From a virus, in the IMG/VR virus record IMGVR_UViG_3300044981_000021, positions 36,881 through 100,880 of that record: a DNA stretch of 64,000 nucleotides. The stretch is one strand, 5' to 3'. Made by a program: the position numbers and the translations under genes. Positions 36,241-44,569 of the stretch are shown in pieces (position 1 is the stretch's first letter; each line of letters opens with the position of its first letter). The notes under the pieces are model-generated. The model did no database searches, was not told where the DNA came from, and was given only the letters and a program-made list of their open reading frames with translations.

Positions 36241-37018
36241 TAGCCCCTACCTCTCATTGCCCGCGCAATTTTCTTGCGTGCGGACATGGCCAGCGCTAGC
36301 GTTTCATAACTAGCGGTAGGCGTTTTTCCCTCTCGCCACAAAGAATAGGCTTCATCAAACGTGAGTCTTACGTTAACGTGTGCTTTCATTTTCCCTCTTT
36401 TCTGATTAGGCTAGCTAATCAAACGATAGTCACGATGAATTGTGACTATCCTATGTCTAGTTAGCTGTGCAGTTCCCAGTACGCGCTAGGGTCCGATGCA
36501 TTCCCGCACGTTTCAAAATATGGATTACACAATTCCCGAGGGATTCTCAATTCGTCCTCGGGAATAACCACAACTCCCGGGATATCAACTCCGAATTGAG
36601 TAGCGGGAACAAGCTTTGCATTCCCTGTTTGGTAATCTCCGATGAAACAATCGTTACACGTTTGCATGTTTGAAAATCCTTCCCTCTGCTAAGAGTTGCA
36701 TGGCTCTACGTCCATACATTCCCTGTAACTGCCAAGCCATACCCGAATCAACTAATTCTTGGAAGAATGAATCCTCTCGGGTATCGTCCATTTCCCCATT
36801 CTCCCAGTCCGCGATATTGTTTACCAGGTCCATTAGCGCACCATCCCAAAACGTTTTGAAGCTTGGTGATCTAAAAACGCATCAAAGGAATGCCACGAAA
36901 CCATGGGCGCGTGAGTGCGGACAGTCTTAGATATGTCTGCTGCAATGGGGCGGAAATTCAACGCGCTATGCTGGGGTTTGTTGAGTGCTTCGCGGAGTCT
37001 TTGGCCGAAGTATGTCAT
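36240..37018 (-). CDS. Small early-type genes (36240-36389, 36461-36667, 36654-36833, 36833-37018)
   Basis: 36654-36833 = MDLVNNIADWENGEM..FFQELVDSGMAWQLQGMYGRRA, a typical phage early-gene motif. Confidence 0.5.
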
Positions 37019-37595
37019 TAGAGGATACCTCCGAGGAAATTTGACATACGGAATTTTCGGCCATCTTGAATAGTGAGTAATGTTGAGCTATTCGGGAAAA
37101 CCGCATAATAGGTGCGGCCATTTTCGTTAACGCTATCCAGTGCCACAGCAAAAACAGGATAGCTAGGCGGATTCGGATTTTTGTACGCTAGGTGCATTGT
37201 TTCCCTCTGTTACGGCGAATTAGACACACTACTTTGTGCTATGAATCCAATGGCATAGAGTTAGGTTGCTTGCCTTGAATCTTTTTTCTGTGGAAAACAT
37301 CTAATCTTTATACAGCCGAAGATAGAGCGAATTACGTGAGTCACAGCAATATTCCCGAGAGGGAATAATTAGGTGTAACCGGGCGACGACATTCCCAAAA
37401 GACACCGAGCGGTAACATTTGGCGATCTGCCCTAAAGTAAGTCGATTTATATCGTATCCAATATAAAAATAATAATAAAACGCGAATTTTTTCTCGCGTG
37501 TGCGTGTGTGTGCGTACATGTCAAGTTTTAAAGCAGAAAAACTCCTCTTGTGCGGCATTTGGGGCCGCTTTTTGAGGCAAAATTTTTGGAATGGG

Positions 37596-37833
37596 TCAGG
37601 CGGCGGGTACAGGCCACCATTTTTTGTGGCATATTTTACATTGACGGGTTGGGTTAGGACGGTTTTTTCTTGATGCGGTGCGCTTTTCGTTCACTACCAT
37701 AGCCACCACTAATTCTTCCGTAGCCGCGATACGTACTACCCATCCAAACCTAGCACTTTCCTAAATTTGGATCATGTTGTGGTACCGGGCCATTAAAATT
37801 TACCTTATTCCAAAACTTAATAGGCAATATCAT
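37596..37833 (-). pseudogene. HNH endonuclease remnant
   Basis: FWNKV..NGPVP..LGKC*VW, then frameshifted GYG..KAHR; the HNH core is missing. Confidence 0.55.
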
Positions 37834-37951
37834 ATCGTCTAAATCTATCACGGATAACACACTTACGCAACCATTGGCCCCAAAAAGAATCCATTTCGAT
37901 TTGTCAAGCATCTTATGCTTTGTACGCATTGCAAACTGAATGGAGGCTCGC

Positions 37952-38137
37952 ATGTCTAAGAAGCATTTCATCGCATTGGCGGACGCCATCAAGAAGTACG
38001 ACGAAACCAATTTTACTAAGTTACAACTCGAAATGTTGGCCGATTTCTGCAAATCGCAGAATCCACGCTTTAATCGTGAGCGCTGGCTTGGTTATATTGC
38101 TAGTTACAATGGCCCGAATGGGGGAGCAATCAAGTGA
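37952..38137 (+). CDS. Hypothetical early protein
   Basis: GGAGG RBS; MSKKHFIALA..NPRFNRERW. Confidence 0.65.
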   Translation: MSKKHFIALADAIKKYDETNFTKLQLEMLADFCKSQNPRFNRERWLGYIASYNGPNGGAIK

Positions 38138-38371
38138 AACGACTACTGTACGAAATCGCACGCGAGATTCGCAAGGATTGGACTAAGCCGTATTTTGGCG
38201 CGGTCCCATACCTTGAAGCCATGGAAACCCTGAAAGATATTAATCAGGATTACTAATGCGGATTCCGCAGAATCCATTGTGCTTTACTTCTTGTCCAATG
38301 CTCAAACATGGAAGGGCGAGACTGCGCGGCGCATCAAAAAAGAACTGAAAGAACTGACCAAAGTACGTTAA
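38134..38371 (+). pseudogene. Phage early protein with a 1-nt insertion
   Basis: LYEIAREIRKDW.KPYFGAVPYL.AM..DY[+A]YADSAESIVLYFLSNAQTWKGETARRIK; 238 nt = 79 codons + 1. Confidence 0.65.
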
Positions 38372-38396
38372 ACGTACTTTCGGAGAGGGAAACACA

Positions 38397-38828
38397 ATGA
38401 AAAAGATCGAGATTGCTTCGCTGAAAGTGTATCTGACTGACTGCCAAGATATTCCTTCGCATTTGGTACAGACAGGACCAAAACAATTTGAACTCGGCAT
38501 CAATCCGCTTGTGGATGAAAAGATTCTTGAACTCTACAAGCGGGAAGGCAAGATTACGGGCAACACGACCGATTTAATGCAGAACATCATCGCACACGAA
38601 CTCGGTCACTTTGTCGCCTTTATGACGCGATGCCCAACTCATTCATTAACCAACGCCACTACGCGGCCAATTACGGTGAATGGTGAGACGGGCGTACAAG
38701 TAGTTAATCCGCAAGCCGAGATGCGGGCGTGGACGCTTGCAGGACGAATGATCGGGGATAAGCTGAATCCGCAATTGCGAGACGTAACCACGGCATCATA
38801 CGTCTTGGGAAAGCCGGTGACGATATGA
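38397..38828 (+). CDS. ImmA/IrrE-like HExxH metallopeptidase
   Basis: IAHELGH...EMRAW. Confidence 0.65.
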   Translation: MKKIEIASLKVYLTDCQDIPSHLVQTGPKQFELGINPLVDEKILELYKREGKITGNTTDLMQNIIAHELGHFVAFMTRCPTHSLTNATTRPITVNGETGVQVVNPQAEMRAWTLAGRMIGDKLNPQLRDVTTASYVLGKPVTI

Positions 38829-39136
38829 AAACAAAGGAGTTAATTTGTGACTTCTGCTTCAGCGACGAAGTAGTTTGCGGATTTGATGGCCCCGCTACGG
38901 CTGTTGTAATGGCAGGCGAAGGAAAAACCGCTACATGGCAGCAATCGGGCGGTTGGGCAGCATGTGAACCATGCGCCAAACTAATGGAAGCGGGAAAACT
39001 AGAAGAATTGGCTAATCGCGCCATTGATGCCCCGGGCAACGGCATGAATCCGCGCAACGAGAGCGACCGAATCCTGCTGGTGGCTTTGCTCTTGACTCAA
39101 TACAACAAAATCAGTCGAAAGAGGGAGGCAGCGTAA
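38825..39136 (+). CDS. Zn-binding hypothetical protein
   Basis: CDFC...WAACEPC. Confidence 0.6.
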   Translation: MKTKELICDFCFSDEVVCGFDGPATAVVMAGEGKTATWQQSGGWAACEPCAKLMEAGKLEELANRAIDAPGNGMNPRNESDRILLVALLLTQYNKISRKREAA

Positions 39137-39138
39137 TT

Positions 39139-39432
39139 ATGGCAACCGTAATCAGGGCACACGATGGACAAGAATTTTCCGTCAGCCCAAAAAACAAAGA
39201 GACAGGCTTCGCGTTGCAGGAGTTGTACGATCTGATCGGCAACAATTGCGATTGCGTGGAACATATCACGCTAGCGGATGGTCGTTCGATGTGGCTAGAC
39301 GAAGAGGGCAAGTTTCGGACACCTGCACTACACAAAAATGCGAAGGCAACTCGCCTACTACACAAAGCTGGCGGGATGCCAGATGATTTCGTGGTTGGCA
39401 ATGTGGTAATCGAAAAGGGGGAAGTGCGATGA
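39139..39432 (+). CDS. DUF3846-like protein
   Basis: LQELYDLIG..VE..MWLDEEGK..N..AT..VVGNVVI. Confidence 0.75.
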   Translation: MATVIRAHDGQEFSVSPKNKETGFALQELYDLIGNNCDCVEHITLADGRSMWLDEEGKFRTPALHKNAKATRLLHKAGGMPDDFVVGNVVIEKGEVR

Positions 39433-39728
39433 ATATCGAAAAAACCATTAGTGAGAAAGTGATCGGCGGTAGCGGAACTTCCATCCTCCGCGCCGCCGCG
39501 AAACAAATCCTCGAATCGCTTGAAAAGCATGAAGCGGTCGAGGGCGAAGAGGCAAGCATGGAAACTGCCATTGGCGATCTAGCCAAACAAGGGCAAATGG
39601 ATCGTAGTTTGGTATCGGCAATGCTGATCCATAGCGTAGCCGAAAGCTACGTGCAATCAAAAATGCAGCAGGCACGCCAACTAAACGGCATGGACGTGAG
39701 CCAAATGCAGAAAGTGGGGAATTGCTGA
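39429..39728 (+). CDS. Hypothetical protein
   Basis: Coupled 99-aa ORF. Confidence 0.55.
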   Translation: MNIEKTISEKVIGGSGTSILRAAAKQILESLEKHEAVEGEEASMETAIGDLAKQGQMDRSLVSAMLIHSVAESYVQSKMQQARQLNGMDVSQMQKVGNC

Positions 39729-40433
39729 ATGAAACTCTATCATGGAACATCGGAGTGGGCCGCGAGGGAAGCCCTAAGCAAAGGCTTACATCCTCGCGGC
39801 GGCGGTAGCATAGACAATTGGAAGCATACCGTTAGCAGCAATCCCAACGGAGTGTACCTAACCGATACTTATGCTTGCCATTTCGCCATGCACGCAATGC
39901 AGAATCATCCGCGATTACCCAGCGAGGATGGCGGCATTCTTAAGCGGATAGCCGTGATCGAGATTGAAACTAGCAATCTAGTACAAGGCAAACTGAGGCC
40001 CGACGAGGACGCTATGGAGCAGATCGGGCGCGGGTTAGATGATATCGCGGGCGACATGAGGCAACGGACGATGTTCTATCGCGCCAAGGCCGCCAAACTG
40101 AATACGTGGGAAGCTAGCTTGAAAGCATTGGGAACCTGCGCCTATTACGGCCCTATTCATCCGCGTCACTTTACGCGCATCGCCTACTTTGAACCCAAAA
40201 AGAATCGAGACATGGCCTTAATGATGATGGATGGGTCGGTGTCCACTATAGCGTTTAGGATTTGTGGCCATTTTCATCGCAACTATACGCAATGGTTACT
40301 TGGGGCCGACATCAAACCGACCGACATTAGCCTAATTCCTGACGAAAAACAGCAGGAATGGCTCAAGGACGTACTTGACAATCGCAAAGGGGTTGAACTC
40401 GTAAACCTGAGAGAAAAACAAAAAGCAGCGTAA
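39729..40433 (+). CDS. ADP-ribosyltransferase/Tpt1-fold protein
   Basis: LYHGTS..ALSKGL; VYLT..A..FA; PDED; Y.G.I.P. Confidence 0.65.
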   Translation: MKLYHGTSEWAAREALSKGLHPRGGGSIDNWKHTVSSNPNGVYLTDTYACHFAMHAMQNHPRLPSEDGGILKRIAVIEIETSNLVQGKLRPDEDAMEQIGRGLDDIAGDMRQRTMFYRAKAAKLNTWEASLKALGTCAYYGPIHPRHFTRIAYFEPKKNRDMALMMMDGSVSTIAFRICGHFHRNYTQWLLGADIKPTDISLIPDEKQQEWLKDVLDNRKGVELVNLREKQKAA

Positions 40434-40471
40434 TCTTAACGCATTACATCTGATAAGCGAGAGGGAGAAAC

Positions 40472-41152
40472 ATGAAAACACTAAAGGTTTTATTCGCCGT
40501 AGCTCTACTGAGTGTCGGGCTAATGGCGCAACAGCATCAAGGGCAACATCAAACCGTTAATTCCAATAACACCGTCACCAATAGTCACAATGTCACGGCC
40601 ACGGGCGGCAACGCTTCGTCCTATAATGGCGGTAATTCTGCCACTATGGGCGTAACCACGTCTATGACAAGCGGGGGGACAGATGTATCTACCAACGTAC
40701 CGCGCCAAGCGCCTCCAGCCTTTGCTCCCGATGCCTATCCCTCGGCCCCTTGCCGAGTTTCAGGTAGCGCAGGTGGTTCTAGCCCATACTTTGGATTCTC
40801 CATCGGCGGTTCCAAGCTAGACAAAGACTGCGCCAAAAGGGAGTTGGCTAGGCTATTGCTAGCAGCAGGGCAGCGGCAGGCAGCAGTAGATGCTTTGTGT
40901 AGCACGCAAGCGGCTAAGGGCATTGCGAACTGCAATCAATTAGAGGTCGGGCCTGAACCAACACCGCCGCCTGTAGTCGTGCCACAACCGCAAGAAGTAA
41001 CGCTTTACGTTGAGCCGATTGACCTTAGGTTTAAACCTATGCGGGTCGAGCCTATCGTCGTTCAACCATTACCACCTGAGCGGCCCGTGCATGTGATTGT
41101 CGAGCAGCATCATGTGCGGAAGCATAAAGCGTGCCCGACAGGGGAGAAATAA
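40472..41152 (+). CDS. Secreted protein
   Basis: Signal peptide MKTLKVLFAVALLSVGLMA-Q. Confidence 0.7.
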   Translation: MKTLKVLFAVALLSVGLMAQQHQGQHQTVNSNNTVTNSHNVTATGGNASSYNGGNSATMGVTTSMTSGGTDVSTNVPRQAPPAFAPDAYPSAPCRVSGSAGGSSPYFGFSIGGSKLDKDCAKRELARLLLAAGQRQAAVDALCSTQAAKGIANCNQLEVGPEPTPPPVVVPQPQEVTLYVEPIDLRFKPMRVEPIVVQPLPPERPVHVIVEQHHVRKHKACPTGEK

Positions 41153-41154
41153 GC

Positions 41155-41691
41155 GTGCGCTATCTCGATAAAACACAACTCCGCCGCCTACTCGAAGTAG
41201 CGCGGGAATATAGCGCCAAAGATCACCTGCTATTCTTGGTGACTTACGCCCACGCGCTCCGCGCTTCAGAAGCCGTGGCGATTAGGCGCTCAGATATTCA
41301 GGATGGATTTTTGACGGTGAAAAGGTTGAAAGGGAGCTTACGAACTTGTCAGCCACTAGTAACTTCTGGCGATCCGCTATTCAACGAGAAGCCATTACTT
41401 GAAGCTTGCGGACCGGGGTTATTGTTCCCCGGTTATACGCGCCACACCTTCAATAATAGGGTTCGGAAATACGGATCAATAGCTATGATTCCAAAGCATT
41501 TACGGTTTCCTCATTCGCTAAAGCATAGTCTTTTGTATCACGCCCTGAATGCGGACCCAGAGAAACGGGCGAAGATAAATGAATTGCAGACTTATGCCGG
41601 GCATAAATCAGGTAGTAGTACCATGAAATACTTAGTCTGCGACGAACAAACCGCATCTAAAGCAGTAATAGGTGCCATATTGGCAGCATAG
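41155..41691 (+). CDS. Short tyrosine recombinase (FimB/FimE-like, catalytic domain only)
   Basis: HALRASE (R), RLKGS (K), PHSLKHS (HxxK), AGH..ST.KY (H, Y). Confidence 0.8.
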   Translation: MRYLDKTQLRRLLEVAREYSAKDHLLFLVTYAHALRASEAVAIRRSDIQDGFLTVKRLKGSLRTCQPLVTSGDPLFNEKPLLEACGPGLLFPGYTRHTFNNRVRKYGSIAMIPKHLRFPHSLKHSLLYHALNADPEKRAKINELQTYAGHKSGSSTMKYLVCDEQTASKAVIGAILAA

Positions 41692-41701
41692 GAGAGAATG
41701 A

Positions 41702-42208
41702 ATGAAAACCAAACTCAGCAAGAAAGCAATCGCCCTGCTCCGCAAGGTGCAGAAAACCATAACCGAAGAACCAAATCGTTTACTGATGGGATGGTGGACG
41801 CGGCAAGTTCTGGAGGGCACGGACACCATCTACGTAGCCGACTATGATCCAAGCGAGGAAGTTGAGCGGCCCGTGCCACCTTGCAACACGGTGGGTTGTA
41901 TTGCGGGATGGACGGCAATCCACGGCATGGCGGATTCCGCCCTACCGAAAGTTACATTCAACGGCATAGAAATGGTAGACGTTACCGAAATCCCCGACGT
42001 TGAACTCGAAGCGCGAGAACTGCTCGGTCTTGAAAAAGATCAAGCGCAAGCCCTTTTCTACCTACCAAATTGGTTGGTAGTGGAACATGGCGATTACAAA
42101 GCATGGCCAAAGAAGTTTGCCGACGCTTACGCCAAGGCAAAAACCGCCAAGCAACGCGCCAAAGTAACCTGCGAACGTATTGATTACTTCATTGAGCACG
42201 TAGCGTGA
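41702..42208 (+). CDS. Hypothetical protein, paralog of 11272-11763
   Basis: LRKV..I.EEP.R..M..W; PPCNTVGCIAGW; ERIDYFIE. Confidence 0.7.
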   Translation: MKTKLSKKAIALLRKVQKTITEEPNRLLMGWWTRQVLEGTDTIYVADYDPSEEVERPVPPCNTVGCIAGWTAIHGMADSALPKVTFNGIEMVDVTEIPDVELEARELLGLEKDQAQALFYLPNWLVVEHGDYKAWPKKFADAYAKAKTAKQRAKVTCERIDYFIEHVA

Positions 42209-42648
42209 TCTGCGGGCCGGAGAGCAAGAAACTGCTTGTACGGCCCTACTTTACTTTGTATCTGCGGAATCAAGCTAGCCACGCTGTACCCATAAGTAAC
42301 CAATAATGCCCGATCTGCATTGTTCCCACATTGTTCTAAGGACTTCTTGAGCAGTTTGCAACCCACAGATACATTTAACGCAGGTTCTAATAATTCTGCT
42401 TGCGATTGCTTAAATCCTAGCTCCTTGGCTGCTTCGGGATTGATCTGTAATAGCCCTAGGCGGCTATTAGGGACCGCTAGGCGCTGAATTGTGGGGTTAA
42501 AGGCCATTGGGTCGGGACTTTGCTCTACGCGCTCTGGGTGCCATTCTGAGAGCGTATCGACGATTGCCATAATGAATTCAGGCGGTAACCCTTCCGCAAT
42601 GGACGTATCCGCCACAATGGCTGCAAGTTCTGCTTTGCTATTAAGCAT
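42184..42648 (-). CDS. SLT lytic transglycosylase-like protein
   Basis: GLLQI..A..LG..LLEPALNV..G..LL; the catalytic ES position reads LS. Confidence 0.7.
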   Translation of the reverse strand: MLNSKAELAAIVADTSIAEGLPPEFIMAIVDTLSEWHPERVEQSPDPMAFNPTIQRLAVPNSRLGLLQINPEAAKELGFKQSQAELLEPALNVSVGCKLLKKSLEQCGNNADRALLVTYGYSVASLIPQIQSKVGPYKQFLALRPADHATCSMK

Positions 42649-42818
42649 TTAAGTCCGGAACGGGTCTATGGCGTCTCCCAATAGGTCGAGAGCGAGTTGG
42701 GAAAACTTGAGCACCTGAGAATCGCTGATAAAAACTTCTACTTCATCGTCCGAAATACGCATGGCGTAAATCATGTCTGGCATGATTTCAAATACGTCAA
42801 ATTGCTCGGAATCGTCCA

Positions 42819-44567
42819 TCACGGCTCACCCGTAGCATCGCTTACACCCCTGGGGCCATGAGATGCTTTATTCTGCTGAATCTTCTTGGCGGCTTCTTGG
42901 CGTGCGCCCTTAACAACATCAGCGCGACCTGTAATCTTGGCTTTCTGTGCGGCTATTTCTTTGGGTGTGGAACCTTCCCAAACAATATCGGTTGGCCTTG
43001 CGGGAATATTTACATAGCCCGGCGTCCGTTCTGCAAAAGCATTGGTATGCGGAGGAACGCTTGGCCCCTGAATAGATACGGGCAAACCATGGTCGCCACG
43101 TTCTTGTAACATTTTCCAGCCTGCCCTAATATCGCCATCCCGTGGGTCGCCTAGCATTGCCCGCTTTGCCCTAACCGCGCCTTGTTCTACGCCTTGATAA
43201 ATACTTCTAGCAGATTCCCCGAGTGGAGTGTTAGCCTTAGCTCTAGCTTGCTGCCAGCGACGTTCCATAGTATCTGCCACGTCGCGCAACTGACCATTTC
43301 TAGTTCGTACTTCAGCTACATTGACTCCTAATCTATCGCCAACGCGGTTCTGTAATTCGGAATAAAGAAGTTTGCGAATCCCGCGAGCTTCGGAAGTTAA
43401 TTCCGATGCCTCACCTATAGCGGCCTCAGACGGCAAACCGCCCTTGCCGCGCTCATAGCTCTTGTAAAGCATGTCGTTAATTTTGTCTAGGCGGTCATCC
43501 AACTGTTGCAAGGTAGCTTCGCCCGTCATGCTATCCATGGCACCTTTGTAATTTGGAATCTTGGCTTTGGCTCCCACTTGTACATCTTTGACGGGCTGCA
43601 ATATTTCTCGCTGATAAAGTGTATTGAACTTGTCGGCAGTTTGAACTGCTAAATCCGTCAAATCTCTGCGGCCCATTGGAGTTTTACCCTGCTCTTGGGC
43701 GGTGCCGATGATATAGGGCAAATTAGACTTTAATTCTTTGTCAAACTTGGCATATTCACGGGCTGCGCCTTCGCCTTCAGCCCCCGATAGCGTTACTTCT
43801 TCAGGTGGATTGACGGCTCGTATTAGAAGATCGGCTGGAGTCTTAACATATTTGTTCGCTTGGGCGGCGCTGATAGCATCCATAACTTCAGGTGTCCAAT
43901 GCGTAATCTGTCCCACGGGAACACCTAATACCGTTGCCATTCCTGCGGCTGTCAGTGCTTCGCTTGGGCTAGCGCCGTGAACTGCTGTAACGCCTCCCGT
44001 AACTGCGCCTTGGCGTATTGCCTGTATTCCTAGTTCCATTGCCCTTTGACTAGCGGGATGCATTTCTAATGCTTTGTGAATCTTTCCCACAAGATTGTAT
44101 TTGTCGCCAAGCGTTAACCCTTTCAAGGCCTCATCGCCCAAGATAAATTCCCCTAAGCTTTCTAACCCCGCGCCCGCCGCTTCACCCAAGCCTTCGGGCG
44201 TATTTATATCTTTACCGAAGCTTTCCATGGATTCGGCAGCCTGAATACCTTGGGATGGGGCTAGGGTTTCACCAATTCCGGGTATAGCATTCAATCCCTT
44301 GCTGATTGTATTTACGGTTTGACCAGCAGATTTAGCAATGCCGGTTGGAATACTAGTTAGAAATGATGGATCAGCCAAAGAATGAATACCAACTTCGGGT
44401 GGTTGAACGTCTTTAGATGGCCCAAGATTTAATGGCGCAGGTAGGGGGCGTTGTGCGGCCTGATCGAATACATCTCCGCTATCGGAAGGCGGTTCTGCCA
44501 CGGCAGCCGACGGTTGTTGGGATGCACCCTTGGCCGCAGCTTGATCGAATATATCTTCTCCTGCCAC
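42819..44567 (-). CDS. Internal virion/DNA ejection protein
   Basis: DIFDQAA repeats, Ala/Gly-rich, podovirus-type position. Confidence 0.6.
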   Translation of the reverse strand: MAGEDIFDQAAAKGASQQPSAAVAEPPSDSGDVFDQAAQRPLPAPLNLGPSKDVQPPEVGIHSLADPSFLTSIPTGIAKSAGQTVNTISKGLNAIPGIGETLAPSQGIQAAESMESFGKDINTPEGLGEAAGAGLESLGEFILGDEALKGLTLGDKYNLVGKIHKALEMHPASQRAMELGIQAIRQGAVTGGVTAVHGASPSEALTAAGMATVLGVPVGQITHWTPEVMDAISAAQANKYVKTPADLLIRAVNPPEEVTLSGAEGEGAAREYAKFDKELKSNLPYIIGTAQEQGKTPMGRRDLTDLAVQTADKFNTLYQREILQPVKDVQVGAKAKIPNYKGAMDSMTGEATLQQLDDRLDKINDMLYKSYERGKGGLPSEAAIGEASELTSEARGIRKLLYSELQNRVGDRLGVNVAEVRTRNGQLRDVADTMERRWQQARAKANTPLGESARSIYQGVEQGAVRAKRAMLGDPRDGDIRAGWKMLQERGDHGLPVSIQGPSVPPHTNAFAERTPGYVNIPARPTDIVWEGSTPKEIAAQKAKITGRADVVKGARQEAAKKIQQNKASHGPRGVSDATGEP

Positions 44568-44569
44568 GT

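Noticed and set aside
2370-37833. Stop-codon reassignment (in-frame TAG at 2591 and 37752, TAA at 20105)
   Set aside because: Many genes end normally in TAG or TAA, long genes are uninterrupted, the lesions imply different amino acids, and no CTA/TTA/TCA-anticodon tRNA was found
41155-41691. Classical prophage integrase with att site and host junction
   Set aside because: Too short, no att-like duplication was found, and no bacterial housekeeping genes occur in the window
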